From positions 1 to 52,828 of the IMG/VR virus record IMGVR_UViG_3300046718_001019: DNA of 52,828 nt; one strand, given 5' to 3'. The DNA comes from a virus. Its lineage: Duplodnaviria; Caudoviricetes. A program made the position numbers and the translations under genes. Under the pieces are notes generated by a model, which did not search any database, was not told the DNA's origin, and was given only the letters and a program-made list of their open reading frames with translations. Below, in pieces: positions 43,515 to 52,246 of the stretch; position 1 is the stretch's first letter; the number at the start of each line of letters is the position of its first letter.

Positions 43515-45175
43515 TTTCGGCCGCCCTTCTTCACCGGCTTCTTCGCCGCCACCTTCTTCGCCTTGGCCTTCGCGACGGCCGGCGAGTCGAGCGGGTCCTT
43601 CTTCTTCGACGTCGCCCTCTTCACGTCCGCTTCGAACTTCTTCGAGCGCTCGGCCTGCTCTGCGAGGCCGGCCGCGAGCTTCATTTCCTTCTCGAGCTTC
43701 TTGACGTCGACGCCGAACTCGCCGGCGATGTCGTCGAAGCCGTCGCCGTTCATGTACCGCGGGCCGACGAGCGCCTCGAAGAGCAGCCCGACCAGCTGCG
43801 ACGCCGACAGCGACCCGGTGGCCTTGAGCAGTTCCTTCTCGCTGAGGCGGCCGGGGCCGAGGTCCTTCCAGCCGCGGCGCTCCTGTACCTCCATCTCGTT
43901 GCCGGCGCCGAGAGCCTCGCGCACCATCAGCCGCAGCACCGCCGGCGTGGCGCCCTTCTTCTCCACCGCGGTGACCATCTTCGTCACCACAGCGCGGTCG
44001 ACGAGTTCGTCGATGCTCGGCGGCGGCCGCACGTACTCGGCGGGCTTGCTTGTCTTCACCGCCTTGGCAGCCGCCGGCGTCGTGTTCTTCCTTCGCTCCT
44101 TGAAGACGCCGCCCTTCTTCAACTCGCGCGCGAGCCCGCTGCGCTCGAGCACCTTGCGCGGCGTCGCGCTGGCGTCGACGGCGACCAGGACGAGCTTTTT
44201 GAGCTGCTCGCTCGTCAGCAGGTCCTTGTAGGGCCGGTTCTGCGCGTCGTCGTGACAGAGCTCCGTCACCTCGACGTAGCCGGAGGCCGGGTCGACAGCG
44301 CCGGCGCCGCCGTTCCAGAAGAGGCCCTCAGCGTCGGCCGGCTTCATCATTTTGAAGCCCTGGGCCTCGACAGCCTGCGCGAAGCTGTTGTGCACCTTCT
44401 GCCGGTAGTCGGGCCCGGAGAGACACGCGTCTTTGTTCTTCACGTCCTCCAGCTCGGGGTGGTTCCGGACGCAGTTGGGGCATACCGCGCAGCTCTCGGC
44501 GACACAGGCGATGCCCTTCTTGTCCACCTCGAAGGGCGCCTTGCGCAGGTCGATGAGCAGCTCGCGCTCGAGCGCCGCGCACGCCTCCTTGAAGCTCAGC
44601 CCCTCGACGATGGAGAGGGCCTGCGGTTGCAGCGACTTCGCGTAGCTCGCCACGCGCTGGGCGGTGGACACCTCGATGCGCTCCTCGCCGAGCGCCTTGC
44701 GTCCCTCGTCGCCGAGCCTCAACAGCTGCAGCATCGCGTAGACCTGCGTGCGCTTGCGGCCCGAGCGCTCGCAGAGCTGCTCCATGGTGCGGCCCAGCTC
44801 GAGCTGCCACTCATACCCGCCGGCTACCTCGAGCGGCCGCAGCTCGGCGCGCTTCAGGTTCTCCTCGAGCTGGATGTCGGCCGCCTCGAGGTCCGTCTGG
44901 TTGCGGACGATGGCGGGGATGTCCTTGTGCCCGGCCGCCTTCGCAGCGCGCCAACGCCGCTCGCCGAAGACGATTCGGTGCTTGCCGCCGGCGACGGGCC
45001 GCACCTCGATGGGCTCGCGAACGCCGTGCAGCATCACTGAGCTGATGAGCTCGTTCATCGCCTCCTTCGGGAAGTCCTTGCGGGGGTTGTGGGGGTCCGG
45101 CTCGATGGCGTTGATGTCGAGCAGCTGCGAGGCGATGAACTTCGAGGGCGCGGTGAGGGCGACGGCAGCGGACAT
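43511..45175 (-). CDS. parB: ParB/RepB/Spo0J-family protein 2, long form
   Basis: NPRKDF, IVFGERRWRAA, EENLKRAELRPLEVA, HTH, Cys-rich insert (SCAVCPNC), Lys-rich tail. Confidence 0.88.
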   Translation of the reverse strand: MSAAVALTAPSKFIASQLLDINAIEPDPHNPRKDFPKEAMNELISSVMLHGVREPIEVRPVAGGKHRIVFGERRWRAAKAAGHKDIPAIVRNQTDLEAADIQLEENLKRAELRPLEVAGGYEWQLELGRTMEQLCERSGRKRTQVYAMLQLLRLGDEGRKALGEERIEVSTAQRVASYAKSLQPQALSIVEGLSFKEACAALERELLIDLRKAPFEVDKKGIACVAESCAVCPNCVRNHPELEDVKNKDACLSGPDYRQKVHNSFAQAVEAQGFKMMKPADAEGLFWNGGAGAVDPASGYVEVTELCHDDAQNRPYKDLLTSEQLKKLVLVAVDASATPRKVLERSGLARELKKGGVFKERRKNTTPAAAKAVKTSKPAEYVRPPPSIDELVDRAVVTKMVTAVEKKGATPAVLRLMVREALGAGNEMEVQERRGWKDLGPGRLSEKELLKATGSLSASQLVGLLFEALVGPRYMNGDGFDDIAGEFGVDVKKLEKEMKLAAGLAEQAERSKKFEADVKRATSKKKDPLDSPAVAKAKAKKVAAKKPVKKGGRK

Positions 45176-45216
45176 GGGTGCTCCGGGAATGAAGAGAAAG
45201 GGGATGGGAGAAACTG

Positions 45217-45414
45217 CCCGTGCTCGCCGGCATGACCTGTACGGGAGACCTGGCCGGCGAACACGGGGGACGGGGCCCAATGCCCCGCCCCTGGAACTTC
45301 ACGACAACGAGAGGCCACCGGTTCGCGACGTCACCTGGTACTCCGAGCCTCGCGGCTCCCAGGCTTTCCCGTTCTTGCTACCCCGATGGTTACGGACGGG
45401 CTCCTCCGCCTCTC
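45217..45414 (-). ncRNA. Candidate structured intergenic RNA
   Basis: Multi-stem junction closed by GAGAGGC/GCCTCTC, GCGA-tetraloop hairpin, two further long hairpins. Confidence 0.4.
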
Positions 45415-45417
45415 TGA

Positions 45418-45969
45418 TCAAAACGGAACATCGCCGGGGTCCTTCACCGGCGCGCGCGGCGGCGAGCTGGGTGGCACGGCGCCATTCGCCTTCGGCGTGG
45501 CCGCGCTCTGGTCGAACGCGACGAGCTTCGCCCGCATCCGATCGGCGAATGCGGCTGCCTTGTCGACTGCGAGCGGCTCGCGCAGCCCGTTGCGGCCGAC
45601 CGGGTTGACCCAGCGCACGCGCGCGCGCATCACCACATTGCCCTGCGCGTCGACGACGGGCTTCCCGTCCTTCTGTTGCGCCTCGGGCTCGATGACGAGC
45701 TCGACCTCGGTGGGCGCCGACACGGCCTTCTTCCAGTCGAGCAGCTCGACGGCGTTCGTACCCTTCCATCCGCAGGCACGGAGCGCCTTGATGGTCGAGT
45801 CCACCGTGCCGTCGGTGAAGTAACCGTACCAGGTGATGCGCTCGCCCTTCAGCTCCTCGGCGAGCAGCTCGAAGGAGACGGCCACCTCTTCCTTGCCAGT
45901 GCTCGTCTCACCAAGGCCGCCGTCAATGGGCACCGCCTTGTACTTCCCTCTCAGGTTGCTCAGATCCAT
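45418..45969 (-). CDS. ssDNA-binding protein (DUF669-like)
   Basis: GKYKA...TSTGKE.V.V.F, LRACGW, acidic DVPF C-terminus; follows the Sak4-like ATPase. Confidence 0.7.
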   Translation of the reverse strand: MDLSNLRGKYKAVPIDGGLGETSTGKEEVAVSFELLAEELKGERITWYGYFTDGTVDSTIKALRACGWKGTNAVELLDWKKAVSAPTEVELVIEPEAQQKDGKPVVDAQGNVVMRARVRWVNPVGRNGLREPLAVDKAAAFADRMRAKLVAFDQSAATPKANGAVPPSSPPRAPVKDPGDVPF

Positions 45970-45972
45970 GGC

Positions 45973-46953
45973 TCAGCTCTCTTTCGACTGCGTGTTCGGG
46001 TTGGGGTTGGACTGCGCGGCGATCGCCAGCTTGGCGATGCACCAGTTGTGGAGTTCAGCGAGCTTCTGCGCGTCGCTGCTGCCGACGCGCTCGAGCGCAC
46101 CGAGGGCCTGCTTCTCGAGTTCGCTGCCGAGCTGCACGGCGCGGTGCTTGATGGCGTCGACGAACTCGTCGGGGGCCATTGGCTGGCCGAGGCGGGCGGC
46201 CTTCTCGAACTCCGTCCAGGACAGCGGGAGCTGCAGCGGCAGCCCGTAGCGGTCCTTCGCGTCGAACGCGGCCGTGCGCTGCGTGTAGAGCAGTCGCACG
46301 CCCGTCGAGACGCCGCGCACGCGCTTCGCTTTGTCGGCGACGGCGAACGTCTCGTAGTTGGCGAAGTAGACGCCCATCGCCCACTGGCGGAGCAGGCCGG
46401 CGGCCTTCTCGTTCAGTGAGAGGATGTAGCGATCGAAGTCGTCACCCTGCGGGTTCTTGAACGCCTTGATGAGGCTGTGGCCATTGAGGATGACGTGCAT
46501 CCCCTTCTCTGCCTGCAGCCGCTCGAGCGCCCGCGCGAAGACGCGCCACTCGTCGAGCGCGGCGGTGTAGCCCTTGCCGTACCCGCCGCCGACGTCTTCG
46601 ATGCTCGCCGCGTTCGCCCGGCGGCAGATTTCCCGCCAGATGAGCGGCTCCGCCTCCGTGAGCGTATCGACAATGAGCGACTCGAAGTCGTGCTTCTCCA
46701 CTGTCAGGAGCCGCACGCCGTCGAGCACCTCCGCCCAGGTCGTCGCCGCCGGAAGCCTCGAGACGTCCATCGTCTCGGTGCCCTCCTCGGTGCCGAGAAA
46801 GATGGGCTTCGGCGCGTTGGCCCCGAACGTCGACTTGCCGATGCCGTCCGGGCCGTACAGGACGATGCGGCGGGGTCGCTTGATGCGCCCCTTGATGATG
46901 GCGTCGAGAGTCATCCGACTCAGCGGCGCGGACTGCTGCACTGCTCCGTTCAT
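45973..46953 (-). CDS. Sak4-like / AAA_24 P-loop recombination ATPase
   Basis: IVLYGPDGIGKST, LIVDT, GGYGKGY, AKDRYGLP. An in-frame start at 47046 is also possible. Confidence 0.88.
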   Translation of the reverse strand: MNGAVQQSAPLSRMTLDAIIKGRIKRPRRIVLYGPDGIGKSTFGANAPKPIFLGTEEGTETMDVSRLPAATTWAEVLDGVRLLTVEKHDFESLIVDTLTEAEPLIWREICRRANAASIEDVGGGYGKGYTAALDEWRVFARALERLQAEKGMHVILNGHSLIKAFKNPQGDDFDRYILSLNEKAAGLLRQWAMGVYFANYETFAVADKAKRVRGVSTGVRLLYTQRTAAFDAKDRYGLPLQLPLSWTEFEKAARLGQPMAPDEFVDAIKHRAVQLGSELEKQALGALERVGSSDAQKLAELHNWCIAKLAIAAQSNPNPNTQSKES

Positions 46954-47042
46954 ACTGCTCCTCCTTCTGGTTGCACTGCTCTCCTCCACACAGTCATCCC
47001 GGTCGTCGGTCGCGAGGATCGCTGCCGCGATGTCGGGAAAAT

Positions 47043-48107
47043 TCACGCGGCCTTCTTCGGCTCGGCCAACTCGGGGTGAACCTCGTCGAGCTTGCGGAAG
47101 CGCGATGGGTCATCGAGCGACGCCGCCCCGGTGCACGCGTCGAAGTACGGGCACAGCTTCCCGTTGCGACGGCAGGCATCCGGGTTCCGCTGGGCGCGGC
47201 CGGCGAGCTCGTTCTCGCGCAACTCCTTCGCGGTACTCCAGATGTCGAAGCGCGCGTCCTTCAGTTCCTGCTCGAGCCGCACGACGGCCTCGCGGCCGTA
47301 GAACTTGTCGCCGTTGGTGCAGATGGCCTCGACGACGCGTGCGCGATACTCGTCGACCGTCTCGTCCCGCGTCTGGAGGACGAAGCCCTGGACCGCGTCG
47401 CTCGTCTGCCGCCACTTCCCCTGCTGCGTCTTCACGCGCTCGCCCTTGGCGTCGAGGACGATCTTGTTGCCGTGCTCGTCGAGCAGCGGCACCTGGCCGG
47501 GGCGCTGGAGCGGCTTGCCGAGCACGTCGTAGATTGCCGCATCAGCCTGCTCGCTGAGCGCCTCGCAGCCGTCGAAGTAGACGGAGACCTGCCCGTCCAT
47601 CCGCAGGCACTGCCAGTAAACGGAGCCCGGTGACAGGTCGTCGGCCGAAGTCTTGTGCTCGATGAACTTCACGAGCCCGTCGCGCCTGTCGCGGACACGC
47701 ACGTCGAGCTTCCCGCCGAGTCGCCAGGTACGGCTGGGTGCCCCGGTATCCGGATTGACGAGGTCAGTCTCGAAGCGCTCCTCGACGCCGAGCACCTCGT
47801 AGTAGGCGGCCTCCGACTCCCAGCGCGCGTGGTAGCCCATCACCATCGCTTCGGCTCGCGCGCGGTCGAATGGGTCGGCCTTCGCACCCTTCAGTGCCGC
47901 GAGCGCGTGGTTCGACCACTCCTCGGGAATGAGCCCGGCCTTCACCGCGAGCCACCACGCCTCGAGGGCCAGATGAATGAGTGTGCCGAAGAGCAGCTCC
48001 TCGGCCTCGACGGCGGGCACGTAGCCCAGCTCGTAGCGGATGCGGTGCTCGCGCTTGCAACGGCGCGCGACGCGGAGGCGCGAGGCCGTCAGGAGATTGC
48101 TTTTCAT
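47043..48107 (-). CDS. PD-(D/E)xK exonuclease (RecB/Cas4-like)
   Basis: FGTLIHLALE, GKLD...IEHKT, QVSVY, C-terminal C...CPYFDAC. Confidence 0.88.
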   Translation of the reverse strand: MKSNLLTASRLRVARRCKREHRIRYELGYVPAVEAEELLFGTLIHLALEAWWLAVKAGLIPEEWSNHALAALKGAKADPFDRARAEAMVMGYHARWESEAAYYEVLGVEERFETDLVNPDTGAPSRTWRLGGKLDVRVRDRRDGLVKFIEHKTSADDLSPGSVYWQCLRMDGQVSVYFDGCEALSEQADAAIYDVLGKPLQRPGQVPLLDEHGNKIVLDAKGERVKTQQGKWRQTSDAVQGFVLQTRDETVDEYRARVVEAICTNGDKFYGREAVVRLEQELKDARFDIWSTAKELRENELAGRAQRNPDACRRNGKLCPYFDACTGAASLDDPSRFRKLDEVHPELAEPKKAA

Positions 48108-48307
48108 CGCCAGTCCTCCGAGAGGCCGAGATCGTCTCGGTCGTAGTCGTCGACGCGGTCGGCGATCCGGCGCTCGAGCCGCTTGATGTGCTCCGCGTGC
48201 TCGGCCTCGTCCTCGGCCGGCGTCGGGATGAAATTGTGGCAGTACGCGCACTCGCCCGCCGCGATGCCGGTCGGCGTGAGCTTCTTTCCGCAGCCGACGC
48301 ACTTCAT
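48104..48307 (-). CDS. Small Zn-ribbon protein
   Basis: GAGG RBS; CVGC...CAYC. Confidence 0.6.
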   Translation of the reverse strand: MKCVGCGKKLTPTGIAAGECAYCHNFIPTPAEDEAEHAEHIKRLERRIADRVDDYDRDDLGLSEDWR

Positions 48308-48537
48308 GGTCGCACCTCGATTCCGGACGTCCGGACAGCGATTCCGGACGTCCGGAAAGGCCTGGTCAGGTGGCTGAAGCGGTGCTTCATCTCCGCATTG
48401 AGCGCGCGCAGTGCCGCGAGCCACTTGTCGCCGCGGACGTGAAGCAGCGGGTCATTCCACTCGGTGGCGCGCCACGTCTCGTAGGCGGCGAACTCGTGGG
48501 AGCGGAGGAACTCGACGACGTCGAAGTCGGGGCTCAT
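48304..48537 (-). CDS. Hypothetical protein
   Basis: Coupled ORF. Confidence 0.55.
   Translation of the reverse strand: MSPDFDVVEFLRSHEFAAYETWRATEWNDPLLHVRGDKWLAALRALNAEMKHRFSHLTRPFRTSGIAVRTSGIEVRP
48318..48357. repeat. Tandem pair of TCCGGACGTCCGGA palindromes, 21-bp period
   Basis: 48322-48335 and 48343-48356. Confidence 0.8.
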
Positions 48538-48953
48538 CAGCGCGACTCCGGGTGTGGCGAGGCCGTCCGGAAGCCGAGGCACAGCCGGCAGCGTTCGCCG
48601 TGGCTGCCCGCCTCGAAGTCGTGCGCGCGGTGCTGCATCGCCCGGCGCGCGTGGACGAGTCCTTCGACGTCGAGGGCGCAGTAGGTGTCCCAGGCGCGGG
48701 CGAGGCGAGCCTCGGCGGCGGCCCAGATTCCGCCGCGGTTCTTCGCCGCGAGCTGGTCGATGACGCCGTCGACCGCGAGCTGGAAGGAGCTGGCGAGCGT
48801 GCCGCCCGTGCTCTCCATGGCGGCCTCGAGCTGCTCGTCCGTCATCCATAGCGCGACGGCGCCAATGACGATGTGCGCCGCCTCCACGCGCTGCTCGAGG
48901 TGGAAGTCCTGCCCTTCGTCCGTTTCATCGTGCTGCTGTTCGCTGAAGCCCAT
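48537..48953 (-). CDS. Hypothetical protein, first gene of the leftward operon
   Basis: GGGAG RBS downstream of the strong leftward promoter. Confidence 0.6.
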   Translation of the reverse strand: MGFSEQQHDETDEGQDFHLEQRVEAAHIVIGAVALWMTDEQLEAAMESTGGTLASSFQLAVDGVIDQLAAKNRGGIWAAAEARLARAWDTYCALDVEGLVHARRAMQHRAHDFEAGSHGERCRLCLGFRTASPHPESR

Positions 48954-48981
48954 TCGTTCGTCTCCCGTGTTGGTCAACGAG

Positions 48982-49064
48982 AGTATCGACATGGTGATTC
49001 AACATGTCAATCACTTTTTGATTCACAATCTGATTTGACTTTTGATTCCCGCATGGGCGAGACT
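48982..49064. promoter_or_regulatory. Divergent promoter/operator region
   Basis: Minus strand TTGACA-N17-GATACT (49010 to 48982); plus strand TTGACT-N18-GAGACT; GACATG-N9-CATGTC palindrome; many TGATT/AATCA half-sites. Confidence 0.75.
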
Positions 49065-49070
49065 GCCGTC

Positions 49071-49487
49071 ATGCGAACCGCTACAGCTGTTCAGTTGTCC
49101 GGACCGACCGGGCCTGAAAGAGTCCCCTTCCGCGTGGCCGCCGGCATGGAAGAGGATGAGAATCCGACTGCGTCCGGCATTGAGCTGCTGAAGTCCGTTT
49201 CGGTTGATGTTTCGGCTGCAGATCTGAAGCTCGCCGAGCAGCTCTCCGAGTACCTCAACGCGTTGGCCGAGGAAGAGCTCGAGCTGGCCGATGAAGAGGG
49301 CGTGGAGATCGGCAAGCGACAGAGCCGGCGGAGCGTTCTCAAAGACGCACTGCACGCCGGGCTAACGAGGCGGATCAAGCTCATCACCCAGGAAGTCGGC
49401 GGCGACCCGCTTCCGGACGCGAAGGACTCGAAGGCGATGAAGGCCTACGCCAAGCGGGTTCTCGTGAAGGCCAACAAGCGCAGCTGA
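49071..49487 (+). CDS. Putative repressor (ribbon-helix-helix-like)
   Basis: Divergent from the early operon; KSVSVDVS strand, helix, acidic insert, SRRSVLKDALHAGL helix. Start uncertain. Confidence 0.5.
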   Translation: MRTATAVQLSGPTGPERVPFRVAAGMEEDENPTASGIELLKSVSVDVSAADLKLAEQLSEYLNALAEEELELADEEGVEIGKRQSRRSVLKDALHAGLTRRIKLITQEVGGDPLPDAKDSKAMKAYAKRVLVKANKRS

Positions 49488-49636
49488 AGCCGAGTTTTCG
49501 GTCTTCACGAGGATCTACGTGCGCTTGCACTACCACCCGCCGAGGGCGTCAGACCCCTCCGCTATGTCGCTGGAGTCGTCTGCTCGACGGCAGCCGCTGG
49601 GGCTTGGTGCCCTGGCGTTCCAGCAGGGGAAAAGCC

Positions 49637-49828
49637 ATGTCCGAGACGGGCACGGTACGCAGGACCGGCAAGCAGAAGCTCGCCGGGGCGAAGTCAGGAG
49701 AGCTGGTCACCGAGGCTCGAGCGGCCAAGGTGCTGGGCATCTCACGGAGGCGGTTGCTGATCGCCGTACGCACGGGGCTGGTCTTCAGCTTCTGGGCGCG
49801 AGGTCAGCGCTTCGTGATCTTGCCCTAA
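49637..49828 (+). CDS. Small HTH DNA-binding protein
   Basis: LVTEARAAKVLGISRRRLLIAVRTG. Confidence 0.6.
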   Translation: MSETGTVRRTGKQKLAGAKSGELVTEARAAKVLGISRRRLLIAVRTGLVFSFWARGQRFVILP

Positions 49829-49833
49829 TCGTC

Positions 49834-50715
49834 TCAGGGAGGGGTCCACGAGCAGGTGCTCTGATCGGCACCAGCGGGATAGCCGCCGCAGCAGCCGAAC
49901 ATGCTGTTGTAGTTACAGATCGCCAAGCAGTTGATGCCGTAGAACGGTGGCGGTCCAGCATTGTTGGAAACGGAGCATCCGGCATTGGCGTAGAGAGTGG
50001 CGATGCTCGCCGCGTGACTGACAGTGAAGTCGACCTGCGTGGTGCACGCTGGGTTCGTCTGACAGCCACTGCCGTTGAGGTAATAGGTGAAGGAAACGGT
50101 CCCGAAGGCGAGGCAGTTCGAGGCCCAGCAATGCTGGTCAGTCGCGCAGGCAGCACAAGCAACGCCACCGGCCCCGCACGCCTGATCGATTCCCGCATCG
50201 GCGCAGACTCCGTTCTGGCAACAACCGCCGCACGTGGTGTCGTCGCAAGTCAGGACGCACGCGCCGGCGGTGCACGTCTCACCAGCGCCGCATGCGACAC
50301 AGTTGTTGCCGTCGTGGCCACACACGGCATGCGCACTGCCGACCTTGCAGACGCCAGCTTCGCAACACCCAGGGCAGCCAGGACAGGGAACGGTCCCTCC
50401 GCCTCCGCCTCCGCCTCCGCCTCCGCCTCCGCCTGCGGCGGATCCACCACCCTGCGCGGTGCCATTACCTCCGGTACTTCCGCCTCCCTGCGCATTTCCT
50501 CCGCCGGGAGCTGTGATGCAGCCGCCATTGCATACTTGCCCCTGCACACAGACGTCGCAGAGATTTCCTCCGCTCCCGCATATCTGCAGTGTGTCGCCGC
50601 GCTCACAGACGCCGCTGCTGCAGCAGCCGACACAGTTGGACGGTCTGCAGTCTGGTGCCGGTGGCGGTGGCGCCGAGCAGCCCACCAGCAGCCACACCCC
50701 CAGGAGCTTTCGCAT
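49834..50715 (-). CDS. Cys-rich lipoprotein with poly-Gly linker (moron-like)
   Basis: MRKLLGVWLLVGC lipobox; three C.GCC..GVC...CG..G..C..C repeats; opposite strand to neighbours. Confidence 0.75.
   Translation of the reverse strand: MRKLLGVWLLVGCSAPPPPAPDCRPSNCVGCCSSGVCERGDTLQICGSGGNLCDVCVQGQVCNGGCITAPGGGNAQGGGSTGGNGTAQGGGSAAGGGGGGGGGGGGGTVPCPGCPGCCEAGVCKVGSAHAVCGHDGNNCVACGAGETCTAGACVLTCDDTTCGGCCQNGVCADAGIDQACGAGGVACAACATDQHCWASNCLAFGTVSFTYYLNGSGCQTNPACTTQVDFTVSHAASIATLYANAGCSVSNNAGPPPFYGINCLAICNYNSMFGCCGGYPAGADQSTCSWTPP
50396..50434. repeat. (CCTCCG)6 hexanucleotide repeat encoding poly-Gly
   Basis: Six perfect units plus a partial unit. Confidence 0.9.
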
Positions 50716-50795
50716 CCCGCGGTTTTACTTGGCCGCCATGGACCTGCGACAGAGTACGTCCGTTCAGGGGATCTCGCGCTGACGGAGGGCCGCTC

Positions 50796-51029
50796 TTGAA
50801 CGCGCTAACACCCAACATCCCCGACGCACTCTGGACCGTCGAGGACGTCGCCGCCTACCTGAAGACCTCGCGCAGCTGGGTCTACACGAAGGTCGCCGCC
50901 GGGGTGAACGCACTCCCCGCGATGCGCGTCGGCGGGCTGCTCCGCTTCAAGCCCGATGTCGTGCGCGCCTGGGCTGACGGTACGCTGCAGCCGTCGAACG
51001 TCGTGACGCTGAAGGGGCTGGTGCGCTGA
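50796..51029 (+). CDS. xis: Excisionase-like HTH protein
   Basis: LWTVEDVAAYLKTSRSWVY...LPAMRVGGLLRF; GGAGG RBS; overlaps the integrase start. Confidence 0.82.
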   Translation: MNALTPNIPDALWTVEDVAAYLKTSRSWVYTKVAAGVNALPAMRVGGLLRFKPDVVRAWADGTLQPSNVVTLKGLVR

Positions 51030-52246
51030 TGGGCGTCACGAGTCGCGGCGGCGTCTGGTACGTGAAGTGGCGGCGGGCCGACGGCAAGTGGGTCCGCAAG
51101 GCCACCACCGCGACGAAGAAGACCGAGGCGCAGGCGCTGCACGCCGAGCTCGTGCGCCAGTCGGAGCGTCAGCGCGCGGGGTTGGATCCGATGCCGCCCG
51201 AACTCGGCTACACGCTCTGGAAGCTCTGCGAGTGGTGGCTGGCGAACCACGTCTCCGCCCGCAGCCAGCGCCGCCAGCGCTCGCTGCTCGAACTCCACGT
51301 GAAGGCGCAGCCGCACGGCCAGCTCGGGCTGCGCCAGGTCGGCGCCGGCGTCCTCGACGAGTACTTCAACAAGCTCGAGCGCGACGGCTACGCGCCCCGC
51401 ACCATCAACCTGCTGCGCGCGTACCTCATCAGCACCGTCGAACGCGCGAAGAAGGCGAACCTCTGGGCCGGCGACAACCCGGCGCGCAACACGAAGCGCC
51501 GCGAGGTGATGAACATCCCGCGGCCGACGCTGACGGCCGAAGAGGTCGACATCGTCATCCGCAACGTGCACCAGAGCTGGCGCGGCTGGTTCGCGACGGC
51601 GTGCTGGCTGGGACTGCGCAAGGGCGAGCTCGCCGGCCTGCGCAAGAGCGACTTCGACAAGGTCCGCCGCACGCTGACGGTGCAGCGCAGCTACGCGAAC
51701 GAGGGCACCAAGGGGAAGCGCGTCGACGTGCTGCCGGTGTCCGACGCGCTCGCGCCGTACCTGGTCGACGCGCTGGCCTCGCCGGGGCAGTGGATGTTCC
51801 CGAACCCCGACGGGAAGATGCGCACCGAGAACTGCGGCCCCGAGGACATCTTGCGCCACGCGCTGAAGCGCGCCGGGCTCATCGAAGGCTGGCGCTACAG
51901 CTGCCGGCGCTGCCTGCATCGGAGCAAGAAGCCGGGCTCGACGGTGAAGCCGCACCAGGAGTTCCACACCGAAGAGGACACGCACCGCTGCCCGCAGTGC
52001 AGCATGCTGCTCTACCCGCACGCGGTGGTGCGCGAGATCAAGGCGCACGACATGCGGCACACCTGCGCGACGCTGCTGCTGAAGGCCGGCGTGCCCGTGC
52101 AGCACGTGCAGCGCATCATCCGGCACGCGAGCATCAAGATCACCGTCGACACCTACGGCCACCTGCTCACCGAGGACCTGCGCGCCGGGGTCGAAAAACT
52201 GGGTCCACAGCCGGTCCACACCACGAAGAAGCACCAGACCGCGTAG
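51029..52246 (+). CDS. int: Tyrosine integrase with Zn-ribbon insertion
   Basis: GLRKGEL (R), TKGK (K), HDMRH, RHASIKITVDTYGH (Y); N-terminal arm-binding strands. Confidence 0.95.
   Translation: MGVTSRGGVWYVKWRRADGKWVRKATTATKKTEAQALHAELVRQSERQRAGLDPMPPELGYTLWKLCEWWLANHVSARSQRRQRSLLELHVKAQPHGQLGLRQVGAGVLDEYFNKLERDGYAPRTINLLRAYLISTVERAKKANLWAGDNPARNTKRREVMNIPRPTLTAEEVDIVIRNVHQSWRGWFATACWLGLRKGELAGLRKSDFDKVRRTLTVQRSYANEGTKGKRVDVLPVSDALAPYLVDALASPGQWMFPNPDGKMRTENCGPEDILRHALKRAGLIEGWRYSCRRCLHRSKKPGSTVKPHQEFHTEEDTHRCPQCSMLLYPHAVVREIKAHDMRHTCATLLLKAGVPVQHVQRIIRHASIKITVDTYGHLLTEDLRAGVEKLGPQPVHTTKKHQTA

Noticed and set aside
45217-45267. Seventh Y RNA (contains TGTTCGCC and GGCGAGC on the minus strand)
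   Set aside because: The halves are in the reverse order and the bulged C is absent; treated as coincidence.
45380-45420. SAM-I riboswitch (ATCAGAGAGGCGGAGG resemblance)
   Set aside because: No GCAACC core or closing GAT strand, and the downstream gene is unrelated to sulfur metabolism.
47043-48107. Cas4 as evidence of CRISPR adaptation
   Set aside because: Context (nuclease, Sak4-like ATPase, SSB) is a standard phage recombination module.
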